DNA from: a bacterium
GTDB taxonomy: Bacteria; Sysuimicrobiota; Sysuimicrobiia; Sysuimicrobiales; Humicultoraceae
Length of the DNA stretch: 64,000 nucleotides
Direction of reading: 5' to 3'
NCBI GenBank assembly: GCA_041497675.1
Contig: JBGQGY010000002.1
Location: 1-64,000 of the forward strand
Shown one piece after another: positions 19,010-30,887 of the stretch. The notes beneath the pieces are model-generated. The model worked only from the letters and a program-made list of their open reading frames with translations. It searched no databases and was not told the DNA's origin. The translations under genes were made by a program, and so were the position numbers. Positions within the stretch are counted from its first letter, which is position 1. Each line of letters starts with the position of its first letter.

Positions 19010-21631
19010 TCAAGCGGTCACGGACACAGCGGTCTCGAAGACCAACCCGCCGCGTTGATGATCGATCCTGATGTGATCGCCGTGCTTCACCTCGCTACCC
19101 AACACCTTCCGGGCAATGACGTTTTCGATTTCCTTCTGGATGAGCCGCCGTAGCGGGCGCGCGCCGAAGTCCGGGTTGTACCCTTCGTGCGCCAGGTATT
19201 GCTTGGCCGCGTCGGTGATCTCGAGCCCGATGCCCTGACTCACGAGCCGGGCCGCCAGATGCGCCGCCTGCAGGCCCACGATCTCGACCAGCTGTTCCTG
19301 CGAGAGGGGCTGGAACACGATGATCTCGTCGATGCGGTTGAGGAACTCGGGCCGCATCGCCTTGCGCAGCTCTCCCAGCACCAGCACGCGGGCCATCTCG
19401 AAAGCCGCGGGATCCTTGCTTTCGAGCCCCTGGAGGTGCCGGCTGCCGAGGTTGCTGGTCATGATAATGACGGTATTCTTGAAATCGACCGTGCGGCCGT
19501 GGCCGTCGGTCAGACGGCCATCGTCCAGGATCTGCAAGAGCAGATTGAATACATCTGGGTGCGCCTTTTCGATCTCGTCGAAGAGGATGACGCGATATGG
19601 GCGGCGCCGCACAGCCTCGGTCAACTGGCCGCCCTCGTCGAACCCTACGTACCCGGGGGGCGCACCGACCAGACGGCTGACCGTGTGCCGTTCCTGGTAC
19701 TCGGACATGTCGAGACGCACCATCGCGTCCTCGTCATCGAACAACTGGTGAGCGAGCGCGCGCGCCAGCTCGGTCTTCCCGACGCCGGTGGGTCCCAGAA
19801 ACAGGAACGACCCGATCGGGCGTCGTGGATCCTTCAATCCGGCGCGGGCGCGACGGATGGCATCGGCGACGGCGGTGACGGCTTCGTCCTGCCCCACCAC
19901 GCGCTCGTGCAACCGCTCTTCAAGATGCAGCAGCTTCGCCATCTCGCCTTCGAGCAACCGCTGCACGGGCACACCGGTCCAGCGCGCGACGACCTCCGCG
20001 ACATCGTCGGCGGTGACCTCCTCGTTGAGCAGGCCACCGTTCTCCTGGATGGTGCGCAGTCGCTCCGTATGCGCCTTCAACTGCCGCTCCAGATCCGGCA
20101 CGACCCCGTAGCGCAGCCGGGCCGCGGCTTCCAGATCAGCGCGGCGCTCAGCCTCCTCGATCTGGTGGCGGGCTTCTTCGATCTTTTGCTTGGTATCGCG
20201 GATCGCCGTGATCGCTTGCTTCTCTTGCTCCCACTTCGCGCGGATCGCCTGCGAGGACTCGCGCAGCGACGCCAGCTCTTCTTCGAGCTTCTGTAGCCGG
20301 TCCCGGCTCGCCGCATCGGTCTCACGCCGCAGGGCCTCGCGCTCGATCTCCAGTTGCATGATCCGGCGGTCGACCTCGTCGAGCTCGGCCGGTTTGCTGT
20401 CGATCTCCATGCGCAGCCGGCTCGCGGCCTCATCCATCAGATCGATCGCCTTGTCGGGCAGAAACCGTGCGCTGATGTAGCGATCCGACAGCATGGCGGC
20501 GGCCACGACGGCTGAGTCGGTGATCCGCACGCCGTGGTGGACCTCGTAGCGCTCTTTCAGACCACGCAGGATGCTGATGGTGTCTTCGACGGACGGCTCC
20601 CCGACCAAGACCGGCTGGAACCGGCGCTCCAGGGCGGGATCCTTCTCGATGTGCTTGCCGTATTCGTCGAGTGTCGTGGCGCCGATGGCGTGCAGCTCGC
20701 CGCGCGCCAGCATCGGCTTCAAGAGATTGGCCGCGTCGATGGCGCCTTCTGCCGCGCCCGCTCCAACCACGGTGTGCAATTCGTCGATGAAAAGGATGAT
20801 CTGCCCCTGGCTCGCGGCGATCTCCTTCAACACGGCCTTGAGGCGCTCTTCGAATTCCCCGCGGAACTTCGTCCCGGCCACCAGCGCGCCCATATCCAGG
20901 GCGACCACACGCCGGTTCTTGAGCCCTTCGGGGACGTCGCCGCGCACAATCCGTTGCGCGAGACCTTCGACGATGGCCGTCTTGCCCACGCCGGGATCGC
21001 CGATCAGCACCGGGTTGTTCTTGGTGCGGCGGGAAAGCACCTGAATCACCCTGCGGATCTCTTCGTCTCGACCGATGACCGGATCGAGCTTTCCGGCCGC
21101 TGCGAGCTGTGTGAGATCGCGGCCGTAGCGCTCGAGCGCCTGGTATTTACTCTCGGGGTTCGGATCGGTGACCCGCTGCTGGCCGCGCACGTCCTCCAGC
21201 ACCTCATACAACCGGTCACGGGTCACGCCGAGGTCGGCGAGATGCCGGCCGGCCTGACCGTCTTGCTCGTCCATGATGCCGAGCAGCAGATGCTCGGCGC
21301 TGAGGTACTCATCCTTGAGCCGGTCGGCCTCCCGCTGCGCGGTTTCCAGCACGCGCGCCAGGCGGGGCGACAGCATGATGCCCCCGGCCGGGGCACCGCC
21401 CGAGACCTTTGGGCGGCGTTCCAGATCGGCCACAAGCCGCGTGCGCAGCACGCGGGGGTCGACGTTCAACTTCAGCAGTAACTGCGGAACGAGCCCCTCG
21501 CTCTGCTCGACGAGCGCCACCAACAGGTGCTCGGGGTCCACGGCCTGATGACCGCGGGTCGTCGCCTCTTGTTGGGCGCCCAGCAGTGCTTCCTGCGCTT
21601 TCTCAGTGAATCGGTCAAATCGCATCGCCAT
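19010..21631 (-). CDS. clpB: ATP-dependent chaperone ClpB
   Basis: Two AAA+ domains ([16 protein letters not shown]), long coiled-coil M domain, GAPPGYVG. Confidence 0.97.
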   Translation of the reverse strand: MAMRFDRFTEKAQEALLGAQQEATTRGHQAVDPEHLLVALVEQSEGLVPQLLLKLNVDPRVLRTRLVADLERRPKVSGGAPAGGIMLSPRLARVLETAQREADRLKDEYLSAEHLLLGIMDEQDGQAGRHLADLGVTRDRLYEVLEDVRGQQRVTDPNPESKYQALERYGRDLTQLAAAGKLDPVIGRDEEIRRVIQVLSRRTKNNPVLIGDPGVGKTAIVEGLAQRIVRGDVPEGLKNRRVVALDMGALVAGTKFRGEFEERLKAVLKEIAASQGQIILFIDELHTVVGAGAAEGAIDAANLLKPMLARGELHAIGATTLDEYGKHIEKDPALERRFQPVLVGEPSVEDTISILRGLKERYEVHHGVRITDSAVVAAAMLSDRYISARFLPDKAIDLMDEAASRLRMEIDSKPAELDEVDRRIMQLEIEREALRRETDAASRDRLQKLEEELASLRESSQAIRAKWEQEKQAITAIRDTKQKIEEARHQIEEAERRADLEAAARLRYGVVPDLERQLKAHTERLRTIQENGGLLNEEVTADDVAEVVARWTGVPVQRLLEGEMAKLLHLEERLHERVVGQDEAVTAVADAIRRARAGLKDPRRPIGSFLFLGPTGVGKTELARALAHQLFDDEDAMVRLDMSEYQERHTVSRLVGAPPGYVGFDEGGQLTEAVRRRPYRVILFDEIEKAHPDVFNLLLQILDDGRLTDGHGRTVDFKNTVIIMTSNLGSRHLQGLESKDPAAFEMARVLVLGELRKAMRPEFLNRIDEIIVFQPLSQEQLVEIVGLQAAHLAARLVSQGIGLEITDAAKQYLAHEGYNPDFGARPLRRLIQKEIENVIARKVLGSEVKHGDHIRIDHQRGGLVFETAVSVTA

Positions 21632-21643
21632 GATCGTCTGCTC

Positions 21644-22612
21644 CTACGCCTTCAACCCCGCCCTGGGATTCTCAGTTTGTGTCGTCTGGAGTTCCTCAAT
21701 CAACTCGCGCTGGCGTTTCGTAAGCCCCGTCGGCGTGACGACCTTCGTTCGAACGTAGAGATCGCCTCGCCCGCCGCCGCGCGCATGCGGCATGCCCAAC
21801 CCTTTGAGCCGCAGCCGGCGTCCGGTCTGCGTCTCCGGTGGCACGGTCATGGTCACATTGCCGTCGAGCGTCGGCACGTCGATCTGCGCGCCCAGCGCGG
21901 CCTCCGCGACCGTGACCGGCACTTCAATCGTCACATCGTCGTCGGTGCGCTCGAACAGCCTATGCGGCATGACCTGCATCATCAGATAGACGTCGCGATG
22001 GCCCGCGGCCCCGGCCAGCCGGATCGTCTGGCCCGAGCGCACTCCCCGCGGGATCTGCACGTCGACGCGCTTGCTCCCGGGCAGTTCGATCTGCCGCCGC
22101 GCCCCATGGAACGCCTCGTCGAGCGTGATCTCGACGACGGAGTCCGGCGGTGGCGTCTCGGCTCCGGCAGTGGCCGCGGCATCAGCCGCCCATTCGCCGG
22201 CCTGCGGAGCGGCGGCGCCACCGGGCCGCCGCCCAAATCCAAACAACTGCTGGAAGAAATCACTAAACCCGCCGCCCTGACCAAACAAGTCCTGAAGGTC
22301 TCGGGCGTCGCCGACTCTGAACGTGACACCGCCGGGTGCGCTCCACCCTCGTTGCCCGCCGCCGCCGAAGAGATCGTTGAGCGGAACACCGCTCTTGTAC
22401 GCATCGTAGATCTGATCGTACTGTGCGCGCTTCTGCTGATCATTGAGGGCCTGATAGGCCTCGTTGATCTCTTTGAAGCGGTCTTCGGCGCCCTTGCCTT
22501 TGTTGACGTCCGGATGGTGCTTGCGCGCGAGACGGCGGAACGCCTGGTTGATCGCCTTCTGGTCCGCGGCGCGGTCAACACCCAGGAGCTTGTAGTAGTC
22601 CTTGAACTCCAT
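21644..22612 (-). CDS. DnaJ-class co-chaperone without Zn finger (CbpA-like)
   Basis: J domain with HPD, G/F region GFSDFF, C-terminal domain; no CxxCxGxG repeats. Confidence 0.93.
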   Translation of the reverse strand: MEFKDYYKLLGVDRAADQKAINQAFRRLARKHHPDVNKGKGAEDRFKEINEAYQALNDQQKRAQYDQIYDAYKSGVPLNDLFGGGGQRGWSAPGGVTFRVGDARDLQDLFGQGGGFSDFFQQLFGFGRRPGGAAAPQAGEWAADAAATAGAETPPPDSVVEITLDEAFHGARRQIELPGSKRVDVQIPRGVRSGQTIRLAGAAGHRDVYLMMQVMPHRLFERTDDDVTIEVPVTVAEAALGAQIDVPTLDGNVTMTVPPETQTGRRLRLKGLGMPHARGGGRGDLYVRTKVVTPTGLTKRQRELIEELQTTQTENPRAGLKA

Positions 22613-22629
22613 GCGCGGACCCAGGTGCG

Positions 22630-23187
22630 CTACTGCGCCACGCGTACTCGCGCGGGACGCAGCACCTCGTCGCCGACGAAGTACCCGCGCTGCACCTCGT
22701 CGACGACGGTCCCAACCTGCGCCGTCTCCGTGGCCGGGACCGCATCGACCGCTTCGTGCACGCGCGGATCAAAGGTCTGGCCAACGCTTTCCATGGCCCG
22801 CACTCCAACATTCGCCAGCCGTTCGAGCACCTGACGGTGCGCGAGGCGGAGGCCATCGCCGATCGCCGAGGCCGCGTGGCCCTCGCCCGCGGTAGCACCG
22901 GCGTGGGCAATGGCACGCTCCAGTGTGTCCAGGACCCCCAAGATCACCATCAACATCGACCGGCGGGTGACGGCTACCGCGTCTTCACGCTGCCGCGCCG
23001 CCTGCTTCCGGTAGTTTTCCAGATCGGCCGCAGCCCGCAGGAACTGCTGCCAGTTGCGGTCCGCCTCGCCTCTCAGGCGGGCGACGTCGGCCTGCAGGCT
23101 CTCAAGCGTCGACGGAGCTTCCGCCGCGGGCTCGCCGGCATCGTCGGCCCCTATTTCACCGTTGGTAGGCCGCCGCTGATCCATCAC
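22630..23187 (-). CDS. grpE: Nucleotide exchange factor GrpE
   Basis: RAAADLENYRK, FDPRVHEAV, QRGY..LRPARV. Confidence 0.95.
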   Translation of the reverse strand: MMDQRRPTNGEIGADDAGEPAAEAPSTLESLQADVARLRGEADRNWQQFLRAAADLENYRKQAARQREDAVAVTRRSMLMVILGVLDTLERAIAHAGATAGEGHAASAIGDGLRLAHRQVLERLANVGVRAMESVGQTFDPRVHEAVDAVPATETAQVGTVVDEVQRGYFVGDEVLRPARVRVAQ

Positions 23188-23193
23188 GCCACC

Positions 23194-25101
23194 CTAGGTG
23201 CTCGGCTTGTACTCGGCATCGATCACCTCGTCGCCGGGTTTCGTCGACTGTCCGGGCGCCCCGCTGCCGGCCGCACCCGCGCCCGCCGGCGCACCGGCCG
23301 CGGCCTTGTACATCGCCTCGCTCAACTTGTATGACGCCTGCTGGACGGCGTCGGCAGCGCGCTTGATGCGTTCGAGATCCTGACCGCCGAGTGCCTCGCG
23401 CAGCTCTTTCAGCGCACTGTCCACCTGGGCGCGCTCGTCCCCTGAGATCTTGTCGCCGTGATCCTTGAGCAGTTTCTCGACCTGGTAGGCGACCGAATCG
23501 CCGCGGTTGCGTACCTCAGCGGCGTCGCGGGTTGCCTGGTCCTCGGCCGCGAAACTCTCGGCCTCTTTGACCATCTTGTCGACTTCCCTCTTGTCGAGTG
23601 TCGACGTCCCAGTGATCTTGATGGACTGCTCGCGATTGGTGGCCTTATCCTTGGCCGTCACGTTCAGGATGCCGTTGGCGTCGATGTCAAAGGTCACCTC
23701 GACCTGCGGCATACCACGCGGGGCAAGCGGAATCCCGTCGAGGGTGAACCGGCCCAGCGTGCGATTGTCGCGCGCCATCGGCCGCTCGCCCTGTTGCACA
23801 TGGATCTCCACCTGCGTCTGGCCGTCGGCCGCCGTCGTGTACGTCTCGGTCTTGCGCGTCGGGATCGTGGTATTGCGCGGCACCATCGGTGTCAGCACGC
23901 CGCCCAGCGTCTCGACGCCCAGCGTCAGCGGTGTCACGTCCAGCAGGACGACCTCGCGGACCTCTCCTGCCAGCACACCGGCCTGGATCGCCGCGCCGAG
24001 CGCGACCACTTCGTCGGGATGGACCTCGCGGTTGGGTTCTCGACCCGTCATACGCCGCACGAGTTCCTGGATCATCGGCATGCGCGTCGCGCCGCCCACG
24101 AGGATAACCTCGTTGAGGTCTTTCTCGGACAGCTTGGCGTCGGCGAGCGCCTGCTTGAACGGGCCCATGCAGCGCTCGACCAGGTCGGCGGTCAACTCTT
24201 CGAACTTCGCGCGGGTCAGCACCATGTCGAGGTGCTTCGGCCCCGTCGCGTCGGCCGTAATGAAGGGCAGGTTGATCGTCGTCTGCACGACCGTGGACAG
24301 CTCGACCTTCGCGCGCTCAGATGCCTCGCGCAGCCGCTGCAGCGCCTGCCGGTCTTGGCGCAGATCGATGCCCTGCTGCTTCCTGAACTCGTCCGCCAGC
24401 CAGTTGACGATGCGCTCATCCCAGTCGTCGCCGCCCAGGTGTGTATCGCCGTTGGTGGCCTTGACGTGGAACACGCCCTCGCCAATTTCGAGAATGGAGA
24501 CATCGAAGGTGCCGCCGCCCAGGTCGAAGACGAGCACCGTCTCGGCGCCCTTCTTTTCGAGGCCATAGGCGAGACAGGACGCCGTGGGCTCGTTAATGAT
24601 ACGCAGCACCTTCAGCCCGGCAATCTCGCCGGCGTTCTTGGTCGCCGTACGCTGGGCATCATTGAAGTAGGCGGGCACGGTGATGACCGCTTCGGTGACC
24701 TTCTCGCCCAGGTACGCTTCGGCATCGGTCTTGAGCTTCTGCAAGACCATCGCCGAGATCTCTTCGGGCGTAAACGTCTTCCCCGCGGCCGGGATGCGCA
24801 CCACGGCCATGCCGTTCTGACCTTCCTCGACCTTGTAGGGCACGATCCGGCGCTCCGAGTCGACCTCGGCGTACCGGCGGCCCATGAAGCGCTTGATCGA
24901 GGACACCGTGTTCTCGGGATTGAGGATGCCCTGGCGCTTGGCCATTTGCCCGACCAACCGCTCGCCGGTCTTGGTGAACCCCACCACCGACGGCGTCAGC
25001 CGGCCCCCCTCGCTGTTGGGGATCACCTGCGTCTCGCCGCCGATGACGACAGCGATGACCGAGTTCGTCGTGCCAAGATCGATACCGACAACCTTGCCCA
25101 T
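23194..25101 (-). CDS. dnaK: Chaperone DnaK
   Basis: [29 protein letters not shown]-terminal VIDAEY. Confidence 0.98.
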   Translation of the reverse strand: MGKVVGIDLGTTNSVIAVVIGGETQVIPNSEGGRLTPSVVGFTKTGERLVGQMAKRQGILNPENTVSSIKRFMGRRYAEVDSERRIVPYKVEEGQNGMAVVRIPAAGKTFTPEEISAMVLQKLKTDAEAYLGEKVTEAVITVPAYFNDAQRTATKNAGEIAGLKVLRIINEPTASCLAYGLEKKGAETVLVFDLGGGTFDVSILEIGEGVFHVKATNGDTHLGGDDWDERIVNWLADEFRKQQGIDLRQDRQALQRLREASERAKVELSTVVQTTINLPFITADATGPKHLDMVLTRAKFEELTADLVERCMGPFKQALADAKLSEKDLNEVILVGGATRMPMIQELVRRMTGREPNREVHPDEVVALGAAIQAGVLAGEVREVVLLDVTPLTLGVETLGGVLTPMVPRNTTIPTRKTETYTTAADGQTQVEIHVQQGERPMARDNRTLGRFTLDGIPLAPRGMPQVEVTFDIDANGILNVTAKDKATNREQSIKITGTSTLDKREVDKMVKEAESFAAEDQATRDAAEVRNRGDSVAYQVEKLLKDHGDKISGDERAQVDSALKELREALGGQDLERIKRAADAVQQASYKLSEAMYKAAAGAPAGAGAAGSGAPGQSTKPGDEVIDAEYKPST

Positions 25102-25138
25102 GGTTCTGCTCCCTTCCCCTGAATGCCCGGGGAACGCT

Positions 25139-25582
25139 CTAGTCTTCGACTGCTACCGAAACGGTCTTTGGACGGACGCGCTCGGCCTTCGGGATCTTCA
25201 CCTCCAGAATACCCTGCTTGAAGGTGGCCTTCGTCTCGTCGCTCTTGACCTCATTGGGGAGCGCAATCGTTCGTTGGAACGCGCCATACCGCAGTTCACG
25301 CCGGTAGTAATTGCGGCCCTTGTCCTCGTGCTCAGCTTTCGCCTCGCCCTTGATCGTGAGGCCCTCAGCTGTGACCGTGACGCCTACGCTCTTGGGGTCG
25401 ATGCCCGGCAGCTCAGCCTTCACCACGACCTCATGATCGGTCTCGTAGACTTCCAGGGCGGGCTGCCAGACCAGGGGGCCTGATGTCCGCGGCCTGCGGC
25501 TGAAGAAGTCCTCAAACAACCGGTCCATTGACTCCCGCATGGACATCATCTCATCGAACGGCTCCCAGCGGATCATGCTCAT
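25139..25582 (-). CDS. Hsp20/alpha-crystallin small heat shock protein
   Basis: WEPF N-terminus, [27 protein letters not shown]. Confidence 0.93.
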   Translation of the reverse strand: MSMIRWEPFDEMMSMRESMDRLFEDFFSRRPRTSGPLVWQPALEVYETDHEVVVKAELPGIDPKSVGVTVTAEGLTIKGEAKAEHEDKGRNYYRRELRYGAFQRTIALPNEVKSDETKATFKQGILEVKIPKAERVRPKTVSVAVED

Positions 25583-25935
25583 GACTTTTCCCCCCCCTGT
25601 CCTTCGAGGATGCGTTCCACCAGCCAGTCCACTGCATTTGCGTCGTCGTTGCGGTAGTGCAACCGTTCGTGCACTTCGAGGATCAGACGCACGCCGGCCA
25701 AGTTCAGCCGATGCAGCTCAATCAACTGCCGGATGACCCTGACCCGCTCGATGTCGTGGTCCGAGTACAGGCGGATTCGGTTACGCCGGACCGGGCTCAG
25801 CAGCCCCCTCGCCTCGTAGATCCTGAGGGTGCGAGGGTGCAAGCCAGTGATCTCCGCAGCGACGCTGATGACATAGACGGGTCTCGCTCCTCTCGCCCCG
25901 CCCCTGTCTGCGATTCTGGCCCGGCTCCTCGTCAT
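25579..25935 (-). CDS. hspR: HspR-like MerR family heat-shock regulator
   Basis: PVYVISVAAEITGLHPRTLRIYE..GLL.P.R..RLYS..DI, NLAGV; first gene of the chaperone operon. Confidence 0.85.
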   Translation of the reverse strand: MTRSRARIADRGGARGARPVYVISVAAEITGLHPRTLRIYEARGLLSPVRRNRIRLYSDHDIERVRVIRQLIELHRLNLAGVRLILEVHERLHYRNDDANAVDWLVERILEGQGGEKS

Positions 25936-25959
25936 TGGCAGAACCCCTGATAACTATCC

Positions 25960-25995
25960 TGACAATATCATTGTCAATCTTTCTGCGTTTGTCAA
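25960..25995 (-). promoter_or_regulatory. Heat-shock operon promoter with palindromic operator
   Basis: TTGACA(25995-25990)-17 bp-AATGAT(25972-25967), overlapped by the perfect inverted repeat TGACAAT-N3-ATTGTCA (25960-25976). Confidence 0.6.
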
Positions 25996-26029
25996 CACCC
26001 ATCATTGGGCGAGTGTGGAAGCGGGCTGT

Positions 26030-26683
26030 CTAGCGGACGAGACCCTTGCGGATAGCGTGCGCGACCGCCTGTGACCGATCGCGCACTCCGATCTTGCGGT
26101 AGATCGTGCGAAGGTGGCTCTTGATGGTGCTCTCAGAGACGAAGAGTTTCGACGCCAGCTCGCGGGGGCTCGCACCGTTCGCGATCCCCACGAGGATCTC
26201 GACTTCCCGATTGGTCAGTCCGTGGCTATGAAGACGCGCCCCGCCGTTGGAGCGCCCGCGCGACATCGAGGAGATCCGATCGAGCAGCTTGCGGGTCACG
26301 CCGGGGTGCACCGCCGACATCCCCGCCCGCACGGCCCGGATGGCGCGGACGAGATTCTCGGGGGTAATATCCTTGAGGATGTAGCCGCTGGCGCCGGCCT
26401 GGATGGCCTCGAACACGACTTCGTCGTCATCAAACGCCGTGAGCACCAACACTTCCAGGCTGCCGTTGTTCTTCTTAATACGTCTAATGGCTTCGACCCC
26501 ATCCAGCTTGGGAAGCCGAATGTCCATGAGCACAATGTCGGGCTTGAGCTCCGCCGAGAGCCGCACGGCTTCCTCGCCATCACCGGCTTCGGCCACGATG
26601 CGCAAATCGGGCTCCCGATCGAGCAGGAGCTTGAGCCCTGACCGCACGAGCAGCTGGTCTTCGACCAGCAGGATGCTGATCAC
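26030..26683 (-). CDS. NarL/LuxR family response regulator (copy 2)
   Basis: VEDQ, MDIRLP, GYILKD, LTNRE HTH; GTG start after GGAGG. Confidence 0.93.
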   Translation of the reverse strand: MISILLVEDQLLVRSGLKLLLDREPDLRIVAEAGDGEEAVRLSAELKPDIVLMDIRLPKLDGVEAIRRIKKNNGSLEVLVLTAFDDDEVVFEAIQAGASGYILKDITPENLVRAIRAVRAGMSAVHPGVTRKLLDRISSMSRGRSNGGARLHSHGLTNREVEILVGIANGASPRELASKLFVSESTIKSHLRTIYRKIGVRDRSQAVAHAIRKGLVR

Positions 26684-26823
26684 GTCGTTCCTCCACACAC
26701 GGCTCGACGATGATCGGCAGTCCTCCGGCGATTGCCGACTCGTTCGGAAGAGCGTTTGTTTGTGACAGAACGCGTACTGTCTGGTAGATATGTTAGCTTC
26801 AGTGCCTGCGGTGAGGATTCCTC

Positions 26824-27477
26824 CTAGCGGATGAACCCCTTGCGGATCGCATAGGCGACAGCCTGTGACCGGTCGCGAACACCGATCTTGCGGTAGATCG
26901 TGCGAAGGTGGCTCTTGACGGTGCTCTCCGACACGAACAGTTTGGCCGCCAACTCGCGGCTGGACAGTCCTTTTGACACACCTACCAGGATCTCCACTTC
27001 CCGCGCCGTCAGACCGTCGCTGTGGATCGGGGCAGCGCCGGGCGTCCGAGCCCGCGACATCAGAGAGATACGCTCCAGCAGCTTCCGCGTGATTCCGGGG
27101 TGGACCGTCGACATCCCGGCCCGTACGGCGCGGATCGCCCGCACGAGATTGCTTGGCGTAATATCCTTCAACACGTAGCCGCTGGCACCGGCCTGAATCG
27201 CCTGGAACACGCTCTCGTCGTCTTCGTACGCGGAGAGCACCAGTACCTCAACGTCGCCGTTGCCTTCCTTGATCTGGCGCGTCGCCTCGATGCCGTCCAT
27301 CTTGGGGAGCTTGATGTCCATCAGCACAAGGTCGGGCCGCAATTCAGTGGCCATCTTGACGGCCTGTTCCCCGTCCTCGGCCTCGCCGACGACGCGGATG
27401 TCGGCCTCTTGGTCGAGCAGAGCCCGGAGTCCGGATCGAACCAGACACTGGTCTTCAACGAGCAGGACGCTGATCAC
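26824..27477 (-). CDS. NarL/LuxR family response regulator (copy 1)
   Basis: VEDQ, MDIKLP, LTARE HTH; close paralog of the adjacent gene. Confidence 0.93.
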   Translation of the reverse strand: MISVLLVEDQCLVRSGLRALLDQEADIRVVGEAEDGEQAVKMATELRPDLVLMDIKLPKMDGIEATRQIKEGNGDVEVLVLSAYEDDESVFQAIQAGASGYVLKDITPSNLVRAIRAVRAGMSTVHPGITRKLLERISLMSRARTPGAAPIHSDGLTAREVEILVGVSKGLSSRELAAKLFVSESTVKSHLRTIYRKIGVRDRSQAVAYAIRKGFIR

Positions 27478-27498
27478 ACAGATTCTCCAACTCTCATT

Positions 27499-28596
27499 TT
27501 ACGCGCCCTTGCGCGCTTCGACTCGCCGGATCGGGAGGGCGATCAGCACCCGCGTACCCCGGCCGGACTGCGAGCGGAGGACGAGCGTACCTCCAAGCCT
27601 CGCGAGCCGTTCTTGCATCGTCATCAATCCGAACGAGAGCCTGCGGGCGTCGATACGCAGCGCCCGCGCCACGTCGAACCCCACCCCGTCGTCGCGCACC
27701 GTGACTTCAAACGCATCTCCTCTGACTCGCCCGTGCACTTCGACGTGCTTTGCCGACGAATGCCGGTAGACGTTGGCCAGGGCTTCGTTGATGACCTGGA
27801 ACACCTCGTCGGCGGTGGTCTCATCGAGGACCGTATCCGGAGCGCGCCACCGCAGCGAGCACGTCAGCCCGCGCGTCCGCTCCAACCGTGACAGCGCTTC
27901 TTTCACGCGCTCTTCCAACGTTGCCTCTGGATGCGCGACCCGCAGGTTGCGGATCAGCGCCCGCATTTGCCGGATGGCCTGCTCCAGCTCAGCTTCAAGA
28001 CCGGTCAGGGTCTTGGTCGAACCCCGCCGCCCGCCCGCGCGCACAAGCCGCAGGTGCAGCATGATGCCGGAGAGCAACTGCAGCGGACCGTCATGGATCT
28101 CACGGGCTACGCGGTCGCGCACCTCGCTGGTTGTGCTGGCCTCCGTGTGGCGGCGGATCCGCGCTTGCTCGACGCGTCCCACGCTTGCCTGGACCGCCAG
28201 GAGGGCTGCCAAATACCGGTCCGGGGGCGCGACGGGCGAAGACGAAAACAGACCGAGCGCGCCAAACGCACCGCTACCGGCCAATACGGGGAGTATCACA
28301 CCGCGCCGGACGGGCTGGCGCAGCGGTCGGTCGCGGCTGGCGAGTTCGATCGGGCGCTTGCGTTGAATGATCTCGGCGTGCCAGCGCTGGAGCAGCCGTG
28401 CCGAGGGCCAGACTGCCTGTGCCGGATGTCGGATTTCGAGGAAGTCGGTTGGGCCGTCGGGAAGCCGCAGCACAGCGACCTCGGCGCCTGACAGCGCGGC
28501 GGCCTCGCGTACGGCCGACGCGAGGAACGCTGTCTCATCACTACCCGGGGTCGCGCGGGCGATCCGGCTGAAAGCCGCGAAGACCTCCTCAGGCAC
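27499..28596 (-). CDS. Soluble sensor histidine kinase (GAF-like + HisKA_3)
   Basis: [37 protein letters not shown]; start chosen at GTG after GGAGG. Confidence 0.88.
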   Translation of the reverse strand: MPEEVFAAFSRIARATPGSDETAFLASAVREAAALSGAEVAVLRLPDGPTDFLEIRHPAQAVWPSARLLQRWHAEIIQRKRPIELASRDRPLRQPVRRGVILPVLAGSGAFGALGLFSSSPVAPPDRYLAALLAVQASVGRVEQARIRRHTEASTTSEVRDRVAREIHDGPLQLLSGIMLHLRLVRAGGRRGSTKTLTGLEAELEQAIRQMRALIRNLRVAHPEATLEERVKEALSRLERTRGLTCSLRWRAPDTVLDETTADEVFQVINEALANVYRHSSAKHVEVHGRVRGDAFEVTVRDDGVGFDVARALRIDARRLSFGLMTMQERLARLGGTLVLRSQSGRGTRVLIALPIRRVEARKGA

Positions 28597-28883
28597 GTGA
28601 CGCTGTCCTCCGGTTGGACCTGGGCCTGCGAACAAGGTTCCAGGATGATGAATATCTAGTCGGAATGCCAGCGACATGACCCTCCGGCAATATCTATTAT
28701 GCCCATCGTGAGGACTTCTAGACCCGACCGGACTACGCCGCTCGGAGGAGTGACTAGGCGGCTCGAAACGTGCCTGCATCCCCCCGTGGCGGTGCACCAC
28801 CGGCCGGGGTGCCGTTGGACCAGCATAGGGCCTCGGCGCGTCGGGGGAAAGGCCCGGGGTGGTCTCCCGGCCGGGCGGCGCCC

Positions 28884-29579
28884 CTACTTACGAGCATAGA
28901 CGTTCACGTGCAGCGGAAACCGCGGATCGGCCCAATCCAGGTCGGCGCGCGAGGCGTCCTCGATCGCGTTGCGATTCGCAGCGCAAAACGCGGCGATCGG
29001 GTTCCCGTGAATCGAGATGCTCACTTCAGAGAACGGTGCCAGCAGCAGCCGGAGCGAGTCTTCGGTGAACCGCCAGTAGTCGCCGGGGAACCCGTTGCGT
29101 GGAGCCGTGAGGCTGACACGGGGTACGGTCATCAACAGCAGACCGCCCGGCGTGAGTACGCGGTGGATCTCGGCAGCCGCAGCAAAGGGATCGGGCACGA
29201 GGAGCAGCACCTGGGTACAGACGATGCAGTCGAAGCTCGCGTCGGTTACCTGCGGCATCTTCTGGACGTCGGCGACGATCGTGACGTGCTCACCCGACGT
29301 CAGGCTCATGATATCGTACCGCTCGACGCGCGCCGGATCGAAGTACGCTTTGTAGTCGGGCCACCCGAACTCAAGGATGCGGCCCCGCACTTCGTGTGCA
29401 TGGGAACGGATGAAGGTCCCGCTGTAGTACCGGTTGACCGGCGTCCCGTAGTCGAACCCCCGGCCCTGAGAAAGCGGGAGCACGCGGCAGCGGTAGAGCA
29501 TCCTGAGCCACCGCACGGTGCATCGCGCGAGCAGGCGCCGGCCCCAATGCCACGCGGAAAGCCGCAGTTCCCGGGTCAC
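28884..29579 (-). CDS. Class I SAM-dependent methyltransferase (glycan-locus type)
   Basis: GFDYGTPVNRYY, FDCIVCTQVL, LTPGGLLL, DYWRFT. Confidence 0.8.
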   Translation of the reverse strand: MTRELRLSAWHWGRRLLARCTVRWLRMLYRCRVLPLSQGRGFDYGTPVNRYYSGTFIRSHAHEVRGRILEFGWPDYKAYFDPARVERYDIMSLTSGEHVTIVADVQKMPQVTDASFDCIVCTQVLLLVPDPFAAAAEIHRVLTPGGLLLMTVPRVSLTAPRNGFPGDYWRFTEDSLRLLLAPFSEVSISIHGNPIAAFCAANRNAIEDASRADLDWADPRFPLHVNVYARK

Positions 29580-29696
29580 GTAAGAACTGTTCCCAAGCCC
29601 GTTCGGCTCCAGGCCGCCGCGGCCGACCCCGCCGGGCAGGGTGTGACAGGGAGGGATGGATCTTTCGCGCAGAGAAGTCCGTTCTTATAGAGGGCA

Positions 29697-30887
29697 ATGC
29701 GAGGGGTGAACCTGCTCAGGCTGTGCCTGGCCGTCGCCCTGTGCGGCGGCCTTGTCGTCCCGCGCGCGGGCGCCGGACCGGGCGGTTTGCTCACCCCTGT
29801 CATTGTCTACGTGCCCGAGGAGTTCCATACCGGTGGCGCGTATACCGCGATCCAAGCCAGCGCGGATGGCCGGGTCTATATCGGGACGACAATCTATGAC
29901 GGGTACGCGCACTTGCTCGCGTTTTCTGCGGCCTCGGGGCGGTTCGAGAACCTGGTGAACGTCGGGGTGGTCACCGGCGAGCGCACCCCCGGACCGTACG
30001 CCCAGGCCAAGATCCATACGAAGCCGGCCATCGCGCCCGACGGCCGTGTCTACGTCGGCACCAAGTCCGGCAAGCCGGCCCGTGAAGCGCGCTGGCAAGA
30101 GAACTATCCCGGCGGCCATCTGCTCGTCTACGATCCGCGGGCCGGGACTACCACCGATCTCGGCATCATCAAACCAAAGGTCAGCATCATCGCCGTGGGG
30201 GTCGACCCCTCGCGCGGCATCGTGTATGCCCTCACCGATCCGGACAGCCATCTTGTGACCTATGATCCGCGAACCCGACAGTTTGTCGACCGCGGGCAGT
30301 TTGGACCGCCCGGGCAGGATCCGACGCGCTATCTGGTCGTGCTCGCCAACGGCGACGCCTTCCACCGGTGGGACACCAGCACCATGTCGAGATTTGTGGC
30401 CTCGTCGGGATCGATCGAACGCGTGCCGCTGGTCGTCACGGGTGCGGGGACCTACGAAGCACCGTACGCGGTGGCCACGGCGCCCGACGGGCGCCGATTC
30501 CTCGGCGTCGGCAAGACATCGGGCCAGGCGTACGTGTTCGAGCCGAGGGAACGGGACATTGCCGTGCGAATCCTCGGGGCCGTCGCGCCGGACGGGTACA
30601 CGACGTCGGGCAGCCACTACACGATGACGGCGGCGCCAGACGGCGCGGTGTACTACACGGGGCAGTTTGGGCAGGACCTGTTCGTCGAACGCGTGCCGGC
30701 CGACCTTGGGAGACCCGTGCTCGTCGGCCGCGTTGCGCCCCTTGGGCCGCCGCCGGCGGGGTACTCGCGGCAGGTCGCCCGCGACTTGGTCGTGCAGGGA
30801 TCGACGGCCACGCCGGACGGCACCCTGATCGTGATGACGGCGTATCCGCTGCGGCTGCTGCTCTTTAGGGGCCTGGCGCCACGGTGA
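29697..30887 (+). CDS. Secreted beta-propeller-like protein of unknown function
   Basis: Signal peptide; repeated DGRVYxGT / YDP.TG motifs; KIHT. Confidence 0.7.
   Translation: MRGVNLLRLCLAVALCGGLVVPRAGAGPGGLLTPVIVYVPEEFHTGGAYTAIQASADGRVYIGTTIYDGYAHLLAFSAASGRFENLVNVGVVTGERTPGPYAQAKIHTKPAIAPDGRVYVGTKSGKPAREARWQENYPGGHLLVYDPRAGTTTDLGIIKPKVSIIAVGVDPSRGIVYALTDPDSHLVTYDPRTRQFVDRGQFGPPGQDPTRYLVVLANGDAFHRWDTSTMSRFVASSGSIERVPLVVTGAGTYEAPYAVATAPDGRRFLGVGKTSGQAYVFEPRERDIAVRILGAVAPDGYTTSGSHYTMTAAPDGAVYYTGQFGQDLFVERVPADLGRPVLVGRVAPLGPPPAGYSRQVARDLVVQGSTATPDGTLIVMTAYPLRLLLFRGLAPR

Noticed and set aside
23458..25122. Long plus-strand ORFs antisense to dnaK (also opposite clpB, the carbamoyltransferase and capD)
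   Set aside because: Shadow ORFs caused by high-GC codon bias opposite well-conserved genes
28600..28880. Riboswitch in the kinase upstream region
   Set aside because: GC-rich but no recognisable c-di-GMP or other aptamer consensus by eye
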